From Lingula anatina (Eukaryota; Animalia; Brachiopoda): a stretch of DNA of 64,000 bases. Positions 39,894-52,601 of the stretch are shown here, piece after piece. A program made the position numbers and the translations under genes. The notes beneath the pieces are model-generated. The model saw nothing but the letters and a program-made list of their open reading frames with translations, did no database searches and was not told the origin of the DNA. The number at the start of each line of letters is the position of its first letter. Position 1 is the first letter of the stretch. The stretch is from positions 6,014,001 to 6,078,000 of the forward strand of contig CM120643.1 of the NCBI GenBank assembly GCA_051362555.1, read 5' to 3'.

Positions 39894-42875
39894 TGTGTGT
39901 GTGTATATTGAGGGGGGGGGTATTGATGTTGAGAGTATTGAAGCCGGGGGATATACCGTTACTTGTTCCTGTGCTCACATAAATTGAAATTCTAATATTG
40001 TAAATGCAACATAAACATTTGATAATCAATGCAATGTATCTTATCTAAATTATTTAGTACAGTAAATGTATATTCTAACACTTGCAATTTTGCTCTTTAT
40101 GCTTGTAAGCATGTAATCTCAAGGGCTGTTCTATATAATTAATATATTAATAATAGCATAAAAACATCACATACTGTTAAAAATAACATGTAGTCTATCT
40201 GGCTGATACAATATTGGAATTTCAATTCATGTGAGCACAGTAACAAGTTTTGTTTTATTCAGTTTAATTTGGAAATGTCAAATAGTGTATGCAGTGTCAA
40301 ATAGAGCGCTGAAGTTTCGTTTTTCAAAAAGTCGTTTTTCGAAAAACGATTCTGGCAGCCAGAAACTAGTGTCGTTTTTCAAAAAAAATTCTGAGAAGCC
40401 AAAATCGTTCTTGCAAAGAGAAACAGGGGCGGAGGAAGTGAGAGGCAACCTGTGAATATTATTTTCTACCGCGACCAGTTAAACCCTCACCGTGGAAGCC
40501 TCTCCTCACCGTGCGCTAGTCGGTTATCTCCTACGGCGTACAGGTAGCAATCACCGCTGAACTATTGTTTAGGTGGGGTTAGAGGGGGGGGGGGGTGAGG
40601 GGGAAAAGCCCCACCACTCCCCGGGATCTCACTAGGTAGTTTGAACCTAGTGAAGTATAATATTTAATTTTATTGAATTTTTCAAAAACGATTCTGATGC
40701 CCAGAGACCAGTGTCGTTTTTCGAAAAACGATTCTGGCAGCCAGAAACTAGTGTCGTTTTTCAAAAACGATTCTGAGATGCCAAAATCGTATTTGCGGAG
40801 AGAAACAGGGGTGGACGGAGGGAGAAGCAAGCAGCAGCAAGTATACCGTGACTAGGTAATTACCCTCATCGCGAAAGCCGGGCATGTTCTTACGGTATCT
40901 CTTCGACGTGCGCTGAGACCGAGACGGTCGCCGATTATTGCCTATGGGGTACGAGCAACCCTCATCGCAGAAGCTTGCTAGGGTGTTTACGGTGTTACGG
41001 TCTTTCCTTGCCGCGCTGGGAGGCCGAGTTGACCGTCTGTACCAGTCACAGTCAGCCTGCACAGCGGAAGCCGGGAAGTGGGGGTGGGGGAATAAGGGTG
41101 AGGTTGAAGAGGGGGAAGGCCCCCCCGGGGACTCCCTTTGTAGTTTGAAATATAATTTTTAATTTTATTGCATTTTTGAAAAGGGTTCTGATGCCGAGAA
41201 ACCAGTGTCGTTTTTCGAAAAACGATCCTGGCAGCCCGAAACTAGTGTCGTTTTTCAAAAACGATTCTGGCAACCAGAAACGAGTGTCGTTTTTCGAAAA
41301 ATCATTCCGGCAACTAGAAAGTAGTGTCGCTTTTCAAAAACGATTCTGAGAGAAGCCAGAATTGTTTTTGCAAAGAAAAACAGGTAAGGGGTGGACAGAG
41401 GGAAAGGCAACCGGCATGCTACCGCAACCAGGTAACTCTCATCTCGGAAGCCGGGCAATGTGTTACGAACTCTCAGCGCTGTGTGGTGAGATGGAGACGC
41501 CCTCTGATAAGCGTCTACAGTGCACAAGTAGCCTTCACTGCGGAAGCCTTGCAGGGTGTTTAGGTTGGTGGGAAAAGGCGGGGTTGAGGGTTAGGTTGGG
41601 TTAGATGCCCAAAAAGCAGTGTCGTTTTTTTAAAAAACGATTCTGGCAACCAGAAACTAGTTTCGTTCTTCAAAAACGAGAATAGTTTTTTACGGAATTT
41701 AAAATTATGAATTAAGCCAGAATAGTTTTTTTACGGGGAGAAACAGGAGTGGACAGAGTAGAGGCAACGCGCGATTAAAGTCTACCGTGACCAGGTAACC
41801 TTCTCTGCGGAAGTTGGAAAGGGTGTTATACGTTCTCTTCTCGCCGTGCGCTGAGACCGAGACGGTAGCGGTCAATGAAATAGGTGTCTTTTTTTAAAAA
41901 ACGATTCTGAAAAGCCAGAATCTTTCTTTTTCAATAAAATTAAAAATGATACCTCAAACTACAAAGGAAGAACCTGGGGGCCCTTCCCCCTCCTCACTCT
42001 CTTCCGCCAACCCCAACCCCACCAAAACACCGGTTTTCGCTGTAAAGGCGGCCTGTGCCTCGTAGAGGCGGTCATCTAGTCTTCAGTGCACGGCGAGAAA
42101 AAAACCAAAACTCCCTGAATACCCTGCCCGGCATCGGCGGTGAAAGCTGCTTGTGCGCCGTAGGCAATGATCGGCGACCGTCTCGGTCTCAGCGCACGGC
42201 GAGGAGAGACCGTAACACCCTGTCCGGCTTTCACAGTGAGAGTTACCTAGTCGCGGTACACGCACACCGTTGGTTGCCTCTCCCTCTGCTCACCCCTGTT
42301 TCTCTCCGCAAAAATTATTCTGGCTTCTCAGCATCGTTTTTGAAAAACGAAACTAGTTTCTGGTTGCCAGGTTCGTTTTTGAAAAACGACACTAGTTTCT
42401 GGTTGCCAGGTTCGTTTTTGAAAAATGAAACTGGAAACTAGAAACTAGACACTAACTTCAGCGCTCTGTGTCAAATTACAAGTTCGGTGTTACTATTTAC
42501 TATGAAATGCTAGTAAATGAAGTACAGGTGTGCATTGAATGTATAAATTGTCACATATGATATTGGTCGGTCTGAGTACAATTAGAACACTAGCTATAGT
42601 TTTTAGATTATTTTTATTATTTTTAATTTTAATTAATTATTATTATTTTCTGTAATTTTGGGTTTATTTTTTTTGTTTTAGATTCACGGTATACTATTTT
42701 TCAGGTCAGCTGATAATTTGAATGAACCTGTTACTGTTTATAAGTGAAGAAAATTTTCTAAAATTTCATAATTATCCACTTATATTTTCCGTCAAATCCG
42801 CACCGATTGTCCCCAGCTAATATATCCCCCGGTTTCAATACTCTCAACATCAATAATACCCTCCCCCCCCCCTCA

Positions 42876-42927
<52 letters not shown>

Positions 42928-43269
42928 CATAGAATATGCAACATTCACAACAAATTATCTGATATTAAAACTTCTCTGTAGTACAATGTTTTTAAAAGTG
43001 CGCTTTTCCGGGAACCCAAAGTGACACATTATTATAAATGCCTTGAGAAAATAAGGAAACAATTACAGAATCGTTCTGTGGGTTTTCGCGGCTTTTCCAA
43101 GACGTCCGCGCCGAAAGCGCCATCTATTTCCGTTGTGTCGAGAGGTTAATGTGTTGTGTTGCGATTTTCTTTGGTGTTGTGTCGGGAAGTTAAATGTACG
43201 TGTCGTGTTAAAATTGTGTTGTGTGTAGAGTGATTTTGTTGTGTGTTGTGGCACTTATACGCTTCCATA
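39520..43269. mobile_element. Non-autonomous long-TIR DNA transposon, IS3EU-like
   Basis: Termini tatggaagcgtataagtgcca / tggcacttatacgcttccata. TIR similarity extends ~430 bp, including (gt)n/(ac)n. Exact 6-bp TSD actgtg (39514-39519, 43270-43275); removal restores the satellite unit. TAY..RTA ends with a 6-bp TSD match IS3EU. Confidence 0.85.
40303..42467. mobile_element. Nested non-autonomous TIR element with 9-bp TSD (MULE/foldback-like)
   Basis: TIR agagcgctgaagtt / aacttcagcgctct. TSD gtgtcaaat at 40294-40302 and 42468-42476. Many internal copies of gtgtcgtttttc(g/a)aaaacgattctgg in both orientations. Confidence 0.85.
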
Positions 43270-46200
43270 ACTGTGTCTAATGAAAAGTATCTTCTTTCGA
43301 CAATATCCTTGAAAAAACTGAAAATTACACTGAAAAATCTGGCAAATTCCATGGCTTAAAATAGTTAAATGTTAATAATTTTGCAATGTGATTATAAAAT
43401 AAAATAGCAAATGTGATGATTTGAGGTTGATTGTGTAGGAGGTTGCAAATTACCTATAACTGTTATCTGGAAAACAATATATACCCAAACAAGACTTCTC
43501 CTTACTATCAATGCCAGATGCAGATTACTCCTTACAATCGGTTTCTGGAATGGGTTGTTGTTATCACAACATTTGACAATGTCCTAAATCTTGCCTCATA
43601 TCATGTATTGTACACATGGATAAAACATAGTGCTGCTCTTGGTGCTGTCTTTCACTGCCTGCATCTTCATGGTAAGGGTAACTCTGGAAAAAGAAGAATA
43701 TAACTGAAAAAACTGAAAATAACATAGAAAACGCTGGCAAATTCCATGACATAAAATAGTTAAACGTTAATAATTTTGTCAAATCTTGTCCAATATTTCT
43801 GAAATTTGTACAAATGATGCTTAACAACAATAAAAACCTGTGATTAGATGATCTGTTGACTGCATCTAATGAAAAGTGTTTTTTGGGACAACATATTTGG
43901 GAAAACTGAAATTTACATTGAAAACACTAGCAAATCCCACGACTTAAAATAGTTAAACGTTAATAAAATTTTCAAATCTTGTCCAATATTTCTGAAATTT
44001 GTACAAATGATGCTTAACAATAATGAAAATCTGTGATTAGACGATCTGTTGACTGTATCTAATGAAAAGTGTTTTTTGGGACAACATATTTGGGAAAAAT
44101 GAAATTTACATTGAAAAGACTGGCAAATCCAAGGACTTCAAATAGTTAAACGTTAATAATTTTGTCAAATTCAGTCCAGTGTTTCTGAAATTTGTACAAA
44201 TGATGCTTAACAACAATAAAAACCTGTGATAAGCTGATCAAATGACTGTGTCTAATGAAAAGTATCTTCTTTCGCCAATATCTTTGAAAAAACTGAAAAT
44301 TACACTGAAAAATCTAGCAAATTCCATGGCTTAAAATAGTTAAATGTTAATAATTTTGCAATGTGATTATAAAATGAAATACCAAATGTGATGATTTGAG
44401 GTTGTTTGTGTAGGAGGTTGCAAATTACCTATAACTGTTATCTGGAAAACAATATATACCCAAACAAGACTTATCCTTACTATCAATGCCAGATGCAGAT
44501 TACTCCTTACAATCGGTTTCTGGAATGGGTTGTTGTTATCACAACATTTGACAATGTCCTAAATCTTGCCTCATATCATGTATTGTACACATGGATAAAA
44601 CATAGTGCTGCTCTTGGTGCTGTCTTTCACTGCCTGCATCTTCATGGTAAGGGTAACTCTGGAAAAAGAAGAATATAACTGAAAAAACTGAAAATAACAT
44701 AGAAAACGCTGGCAAATTCCATGACATAAAATAGTTAAACATTAATAATTTTGTCAAATCTTGTCCAATATTTCTGAAATTTGTACAAATGATGCTTAAC
44801 AATAATAAAAACCTGTGATTAGATGATCTGTTGACTGCATCTAATGAAAAGTGTTTTTTGGGACAACATATTTGGGAAAACTGAAAATAACATAGAAAAG
44901 ACTGGCAAATCCAAGGACTTCAAATAGTTAAACGTTAATAATTTTGTCAAATTCAGTCCAGTGTTTCTGAAATTTGTACAAATGATGCTTAACAACAATA
45001 AAAACCTGTGATAAGCTGATCAAATGACTGTGTCTAATGAAAAGTATCTTCTTTCGCCAATATCTTTGAAAAAACTGAAAATTACACTGAAAAATCTAGC
45101 AAATTCCATGGCTTAAAATAGTTAAATGTTAATAATTTTGCAATGTGATTATAAAATTAAATAGCAAATGTGATGATTTGAGGTTGATTGTGTAGGAGGT
45201 TGCAAATTACCTATAACTGTTATCTGGAAAACAATATATACCCAAACAAGACTTATCCTTACTATCAATGCCAGATGCAGATTACTCCTTACAATCGGTT
45301 TCTGGGATGGGTTGTTGTTATCACAACATTTGACAATGTCCTAAATCTTGCCTCATATCATGTATTGTACACATGGATAAGACATAGTGCTGCTCTTGGT
45401 GCTGTCTTTCACTGCCTGCATCTTCATAGTGAGGGTAACTCTGGAAAAAGAAGAATATAACTGAAAAAACTGAACATAACATAGAAAACGCTGGCAAATT
45501 CCATGACATAAAATAGTTAAACGTTAATAATTTTGTCAAATCTTGTCCAATATTTCTGAAATTTGTACAAATGATGCTTAACAACAATTAAAACCTGTGA
45601 TTAGATGATCTGTTGACTGTATCTAATGAAAAGTGTTTTTTGGGGCAACATATTTGGGAAAACTGAAATTTACATTGAAAAGACTGGCAAATCCAAGGAC
45701 TTCAAATAGTTAAACGTTAATAATTTTGTCAAATCTAGTACAGTGTTTCTGAAATTTGTAGAAATGATGCTTAACAACAATAAAAACTTGTGATAAGCTG
45801 ATCAAATGACTGTGTCTAATGAAAAGTATCTTCTTTCGACAATATCATTGAAAAAACTGAAAATTACACTGAAAAATCTGGCAAATTCCATGGCTTAAAA
45901 TAGTTAAATGTTAATAATTTTGCAATGTGATTATAAAATGAAATACCAAATGTGATGATTTGAGGTTGTTTGTGTAGGAGGTTGCAAATTACCTATAACT
46001 GTTATCTGGAAAACAATATATACCCAAACAAGACTTCTCCTTACTATCAATGCCAGATGCAGATTACTCCTTACAATCGGTTTCTGGAATGGGTTGTTGT
46101 TATCACAACATTTGACAATGTCCTAAATCTTGCCTCATATCATGTATTGTACACATGGATAAAACATAGTGCTGCTCTTGGTGCTGTCTTTCACTGCCTG

Positions 46201-49200
46201 CATCTTCATGGTAAGGGTAACTCTGGAAAAAGAAGAATATAACTGAAAAAACTGAAAATAACATAGAAAACGCTGGCAAATTCCATGACATAAAATAGTT
46301 AAACGTTAATAAATTTGTCAAATCTTGTCCAATATTTCTGAAATTTGTACAAATGATGCTTAACAATAATAAAAACCTGTGATTAGATGATCTGTTGACT
46401 GCATCTAATGAAAAGTGTTTTTTGGGACAACATATTTGGGAAAACTGAAATTTACATTGAAAACACTAGCAAATCCCACGACTTAAAATAGTTAAACATT
46501 AATAAAATTTTCAAATCTTGTCCAATATTTCTGAAATTTGTACAAATGATGCTTAACAATAATGAAAATCTGTGATTAGACGATCTGTTGACTGTATCTA
46601 ATGAAAAGTGTTTTTTGGGACAACATATTTGGGAAAAATGAAATTTACATTGAAAAGACTGGCAAATCCAAGGACTTCAAATAGTTAAACGTTAATAATT
46701 TTGTCAAATTCAGTCCAGTGTTTCTGAAATTTGTACAAATGATGCTTAACAACAATAAAAACCTGTGATAAGCTGATCAAATGACTGTGTCTAATGAAAA
46801 GTATCTTCTTTCGCCAATATCTTTGAAAAAACTGAAAATTACACTGAAAAATCTAGCAAATTCCATGGCTTAAAATAGTTAAATGTTAATAATTTTGCAA
46901 TGTGATTATAAAATTAAATAGCAAATGTGATGATTTGAGGTTGATTGTGTAGGAGGTTGCAAATTACCTATAACTGTTATCTGGAAAACAATATATACCC
47001 AAACAAGACTTATCCTTACTATCAATGCCAGATGCAGATTACTCCTTACAATCGGTTTCTGGGATGGGTTGTTGTTATCACAACATTTGACAATGTCCTA
47101 AATCTTGCCTCATATCATGTATTGTACACATGGATAAGACATAGTGCTGCTCTTGGTGCTGTCTTTCACTGCCTGCATCTTCATAGTGAGGGTAACTCTG
47201 GAAAAAGAAGAATATAACTGAAAAAACTGAAAATAACATAGAAAACGCTGGCAAATTCCATGACATAAAATAGTTATACGTTAATAATTTTGTCAAATCT
47301 TGTCCAATATTTCTGAAATTTGTACAAATGATGCTTAACAACAATTAAAACCTGTGATTAGATGATCTGTTGACTGTATCTAATGAAAAGTGTTTTTTGG
47401 GGCAACATATTTGGGAAAACTGAAATTTACATTGAAAAGACTGGCAAATCCAAGGACTTCAAATAGTTAAACGTTAATAATTTTGTCAAATCTAGTACAG
47501 TGTTTCTGAAATTTGTAGAAATGATGCTTAACAACAATAAAAACCTGTGATAAGCTGATCAAATGACTGTGTCTAATGAAAAGTATCTTCTTTCGACAAT
47601 ATCATTGAAAAAACTGAAAATTACACTGAAAAATCTAGCAAATTCCATGGCTTAAAATAGTTAAATGTTAATAATTTTGCAATGTGATTATAAAATGAAA
47701 TACCAAATGTGATGATTTGAGGTTGTTTGTGTAGGAGGTTGCAAATTACCTATAACTGTTATCTGGAAAACAATATATACCCAAACAAGACTTCTCCTTA
47801 CTATCAATGCCAGATGCAGATTACTCCTTACAATCAGTTTCTGGAATGGGTTGTTGTTATCACAACATTTGACAATGTCCTAAATCTTGCCTCATATCAT
47901 GTATTGTACACATGGATAAGACATATATAGTGCTGCTCTTGGTGCCGTCTTTCACTGCCTGCATCTTCATAGTGAGGGTAACTCTGGAAAAAGAAGAATA
48001 TAACTGAAAAAACTGAAAATAACATAGAAAACGCTGGCAAATTCCATGACATAAAATAGTTAAACGTTAATAATTTTGTCAAATCTTGTCCAATATTTCT
48101 GAAATTTGTACAAATGATGCTTAACAACAATTAAAACCTGTGATTAGATGATCTGTTGACTGTATCTAATGAAAAGTGTTTTTTGGGGCAACATATTTGG
48201 GAAAACTGAAATTTACATTGAAAAGACTGGCAAATCCAAGGACTTCAAATAGTTAAACGTTAATAATTTTGTCAAATCTAGTACAGTGTTTCTGAAATTT
48301 GTAGAAATGATGCTTAACAACAATAAAAACCTGTGATAAGCTGATCAAATGACTGTGTCTAATGAAAAGTATCTTCTTTCGACAATATCATTGAAAAAAC
48401 TGAAAATTACACTGAAAAATCTGGCAAATTCCATGGCTTAAAATAGTTAAATGTTAATAATTTTGCAATGTGATTATAAAATGAAATACCAAATGTGATG
48501 ATTTGAGGTTGTTTGTGTAGGAGGTTGCAAATTACCTATAACTGTTATCTGAAAAACAATATATACCCATTCAAGACTTCTCCTTACTATCAATGCCAGA
48601 TGCAGATTACTCCTTACAATCGGTTTCTGGAATGGGTTGTTGTTATCACAACATTTGACAATGTCCTAAATCTTGCCTCATATCATGTATTGTACACATG
48701 GATAAGACATAGTGCTGCTCTTGGTGCTGTCTTTCACTGCCTGCATCTTCATGGTAAGGGTACTCTGGAAAAAGAACAATATAACTGAAAAAACTGAAAA
48801 TAACATAGAAAATGCTGGCAAATCCCATGACATAAAATAGTTAAACGTTAATAATTTTGTCAAATCTAGTCCAATATTTCTGAAATTTGTACAAATGATG
48901 CTTAACAACAATAAAAATCTGTGATTAGATGATCTGTTGACTGTATCTAATGAAAAGTGTTTTTTGGGACAACATATTTGGGACAACTGAAATTTCCATT
49001 GAAAACACTAGCAAATCCCATGACTTAAAATAGTTAAACGTTAATAAAATTTTCAAATCTTGTCCAATATTTCTGAAATTTGTACAAATGATGCTTAACA
49101 ATAATAAAAATCTGTGATTAGATGATCTGTTGACTGTATCTAATGAAAAGTGTTTTTTGGGACAACGTATTTGGGAAAACTGAAATTTACATTGAAAAGT

Positions 49201-50021
49201 GTTAAATCCCATGACTTAAAATGGTAACATGTTAATAATTTTGTCAAATCTCGTCCAGTGTTTCTGAAATTTGTACAAATGATGCTTAACAACAATAAAA
49301 ATCTGTGATAAGCTGATCAAATGACTGTGTCTGATGAAAAGTATCTTCTTTCGACAATATCCTTGAAAAAACTGAAAATTACACTGAAAACACTGGCAAT
49401 TTTCATAGCTTTAAATAGTTAAATGTTAATAATTTTGCAAAGTGATTATAAAATAAAATAGCAAATGTGATGACTTGAGGTTGTTTGTGTAAGAGGTTGC
49501 AAATTACCTATAACTGTTATCTGGAAAACAATATATACCCATACAACACTTCTCCTTACTATCAATGCCAGATGCAGATTACTCCTTACAATGGGTTTCT
49601 GGAATGGGTTGTTGCTATCACAATATTTGACAATGTCCTAAATCTTGCCACATATCATGCATTGTACACATGGATAAGACATAGTGCTGCTCCTGGTGCT
49701 GTCTTTCACTGTTTGCCTTTTCATAGTAAGGGTACTCTGGAAAAAGAACAATATAACTGAAAAAGCTGAAAATTACACTGAAAAAACTGGCAAATTCCAT
49801 GGCTTATAATAGTTAAATGTTAATAATTTTGTCAAATCTAGTCCAATATTTCTGAAATTTATACAAATGATGCTTAACAACAATAAAAATCTGTGATAAG
49901 CTGATCTAATGACTGTGTCTTATGAAAAGTATTTTTTCAGATTATATATTTGAGAAAACTGGAAATTACACTGAAAACACTGGCAAATCCCATGACTCAA
50001 AACAGTTAAACAAATATTGTC

Positions 50022-50155
50022 CAGGCCCGTAGCCAGAGGGGGTTTGGGGGGTTCGAAAGAACCACCCCTTTTGCTGGGAAAAGGTCCACTCTGGGTAAAA
50101 TTTTGAAGTGTCAAATTTATGGGAAATTGATAATCAGAAGAATGAGAATTGACCA
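50022..50155 (+). mobile_element. Truncated MITE end inserted in the last satellite unit
   Basis: caggcccgtagccagagggggtttggggggttcg terminus, hAT-like CAGG start. No partner TIR seen. Confidence 0.5.
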
Positions 50156-51157
50156 AAACAAATATTGCAATGTATTATTTACTCTCTTTACTTTGAAAGA
50201 AAATAGCAAATGTAATGATTTGAGTTTGTTTGTGTAGGAGGTTGCAAATTACCTATAACTGTCATCTGGAAAACAATATATACCCATACAAGACTTCTTC
50301 TTGCTATCAATGGCAAATGTGATCCATGACAGCTAACCTGCTGAGAGTGAATGACACCCTATGTGGACAAGTTGGGAATGCTGGAATTGATAACAGGTGA
50401 CTACATACAACTTTTTCAATAGCAGTATATGAATCAGCTTTGAAACAGTTTTAGAAATGGACCAATATCTGTACTTTAAAGCTGAAAATAATTTTATATC
50501 ATGTTTTCAAACAAAGAAGTTGGTATTTTCTGGTCAAATGCACCCATTACTCGTCTCTAAATCCCCCCCCCCCCCCCCCCCCCCGAGTTTACTAAATTGA
50601 CAAGCAATCTTTACAGCTTCAGTAAGGAACCCACTACCTGACAACCCATTTCTTTGATATCCATCTTCATTCTAAGCAATACTTACTACACCCTTTCTCA
50701 TTACTGTCATTGCTACAGTCATTGCTGTGGTAACATCTCCAAGTTAAGTTGATACAGCAACAATATTACCACATACAAACATATATGGCTGATATGTGTG
50801 ATCCACAGGAAGACAATAAAAAATACATCTTTAAAACAATCTACTTTATTTTCAAGTGTCTTAAAACTGTTCCTTCACTTTCTTTGACAAAGCATTAAAA
50901 TACCTGGGTAATTTACATTAAAATTCTTACATCACTAGCAGCAAAAAATTCACCTAAATATCAGGCATTACATTGAACAAGATGAAAACTTGCTGAAAGG
51001 CTGTAATTAAGCAGCATAACAGATTTAAAAATTCACTGAAATATGTAAAGATCCAGAAGACAATGAGATCTACTTATGAAGATTTATGTAACTCATGTTG
51101 TTATCTGACCATCTTGAAAATAAGCCTGCGGTCATTGTGTTTTATTATTTTTATTTT

Positions 51158-51507
51158 AGTATAGTCCTGTGCCTCCTAGTACAGTGTAGTAGTCTGGAGT
51201 CATTGTGTTCCACTGTGGCAGTATAGTCCTGTGCCACCTAGTACAGTGTAGTAGTCTGGAGTCATTTTGTTCCATTGTGGCAGTATAGTCCTGTGCCTCC
51301 TAGTACAGTGTAGTAGTCTGGAGTCATTGTGTTCCATTGTGGCAGTATAGTCCTGTGCCTCCTAGTACAGTGTAGTAGTCTGGAGTCATTGTGTTCCATT
51401 ATGGCAGTATAGTCCTATGCCTCCTAGTACAGTGTAGTATTCTGGAATCATTGAGTTCCATTGTGGCAGTATAGTCCTGTGCCTCCTAGTACAGTGTAGT
51501 ACAGTGT
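51158..51507. repeat. 62-bp minisatellite, ~5.5 copies
   Basis: Unit agtatagtcctgtgcctcctagtacagtgtagtagtctggagtcattgtgttccattgtggc, starting at 51158, 51220, 51282 and onward. Confidence 0.95.
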
Positions 51508-52229
51508 AATGTGGAGTCAGAATATGGACTGGAAAAGACAAAAAATGTCAATGACCAGGGTTTTTCCTCAAGATCCAGAATATTAGAATTAAATCAAATA
51601 AACTGCAAAGAAATATTTTATGAAATAAATTTACCAAATAAAGTGTTGTTGTGAGTCAAGGCTGAAGCATACACTGTACCAGGACTGATATTAAAGAGGT
51701 GGGTTTCTGGTGCTTTCTGAAACTCGGAATGGTAGTGCTAGTTCACGTAAGTGGGCACGCCATGGGAAGTTTTAGTTGTTCATAGTTAAGTTCATATTTT
51801 ATTATTTCGACAGATGACTCAAAAGAAACAAGAAAAAAGGCCCACTTAAAAATCATATAAGAAGGAATAACGTCAGTTCTTCATTTTATTGCCTCACCTT
51901 CATAAGGCATTGGGTAATTGCAGATGAAAGGGGAATGGCAAAACTGAAGTAGATGACTGCGTGCAATCTTGCTAGATCTCCAAGAGCGCTTTTATTCTGC
52001 ACCGTCAACATTCTGAAGCATTTTGTAAAATCTTCACCAGCACATTGCATCGTGATGTGAACAGTGAATTCGAACAACTGACACAGTCGATACCATATGT
52101 GTCCGTCACTTTAGATGTCTCATCCTGAATTCACCGATTAAGTTTGTCAATAGAATCTATAACAAAACCATCTAAGAAAAGTGTCCTGATGTATGGTGAA
52201 ACTCAGTGTACAGAACGTTTGATGAAAAT

Positions 52230-52600
52230 TCCGACTTTTCAGCGTCACCCCTAGTCTACGCCATATAAAAATTGTTTAGTATAGATGGCGCTATGCAAGA
52301 GGTGAGACTTAGGATTTGTAAAGGACTGCGGCCAGTATCAGCAACAGGTTCACCGCCTACTTTCTAAGAAACTCTTGCGAGGAGGGAAAGAGTTCTGGAA
52401 TCGCAATAGATATGACCAGGGACCAGGCACTGTGATATATATATTGCGATATTTAGTAGAAAAACTCAAGGTCGAGAGCTTCAACGAAGTGTCAATCTGA
52501 TTGGTTTAAAGTTAAGGAAACAATACAGGAACCGTCCAATGAAATTACTTTATACAATAATTATTCCTGTTTATTGTTTTAGTAAACAAAGCAAAGAGAC
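52230..52600. promoter_or_regulatory. Probable promoter (possibly bidirectional) of the CBM20 gene
   Basis: CCAAT boxes (gattggtt ~52499, ccaatg ~52536), agatggcg motif (~52283) and CpG enrichment upstream of ATG 52602. A minus-strand donor at ~51895 suggests a divergent transcript. Confidence 0.4.
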
Positions 52601-52601
52601 A

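Larger units (their letters stand above)
36540..50320. repeat. Complex satellite with ~782-bp and ~975-bp units containing ~193-bp subrepeats
   Basis: Equivalent positions at 37147, 38121, 43431, 44406, 45188, 45970, 46945, 47727, 48513 and 49485. Spacings of ~975 or ~782 differ by one 193-bp subunit. Confidence 0.97.

Noticed and set aside
40231-42441. Cluster of GC-rich ORFs containing FLKNDTSFWLP repeats
   Set aside because: These are translations of the subterminal repeat of the nested TIR element, with no transposase motifs.
37147-49760. Repeated ~90-aa ORFs (MCRRLQITYNCYL...) as a tandem gene family
   Set aside because: Non-ATG starts, frameshifting indels between copies and no recognisable domain. 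They are by-products of the satellite unit.
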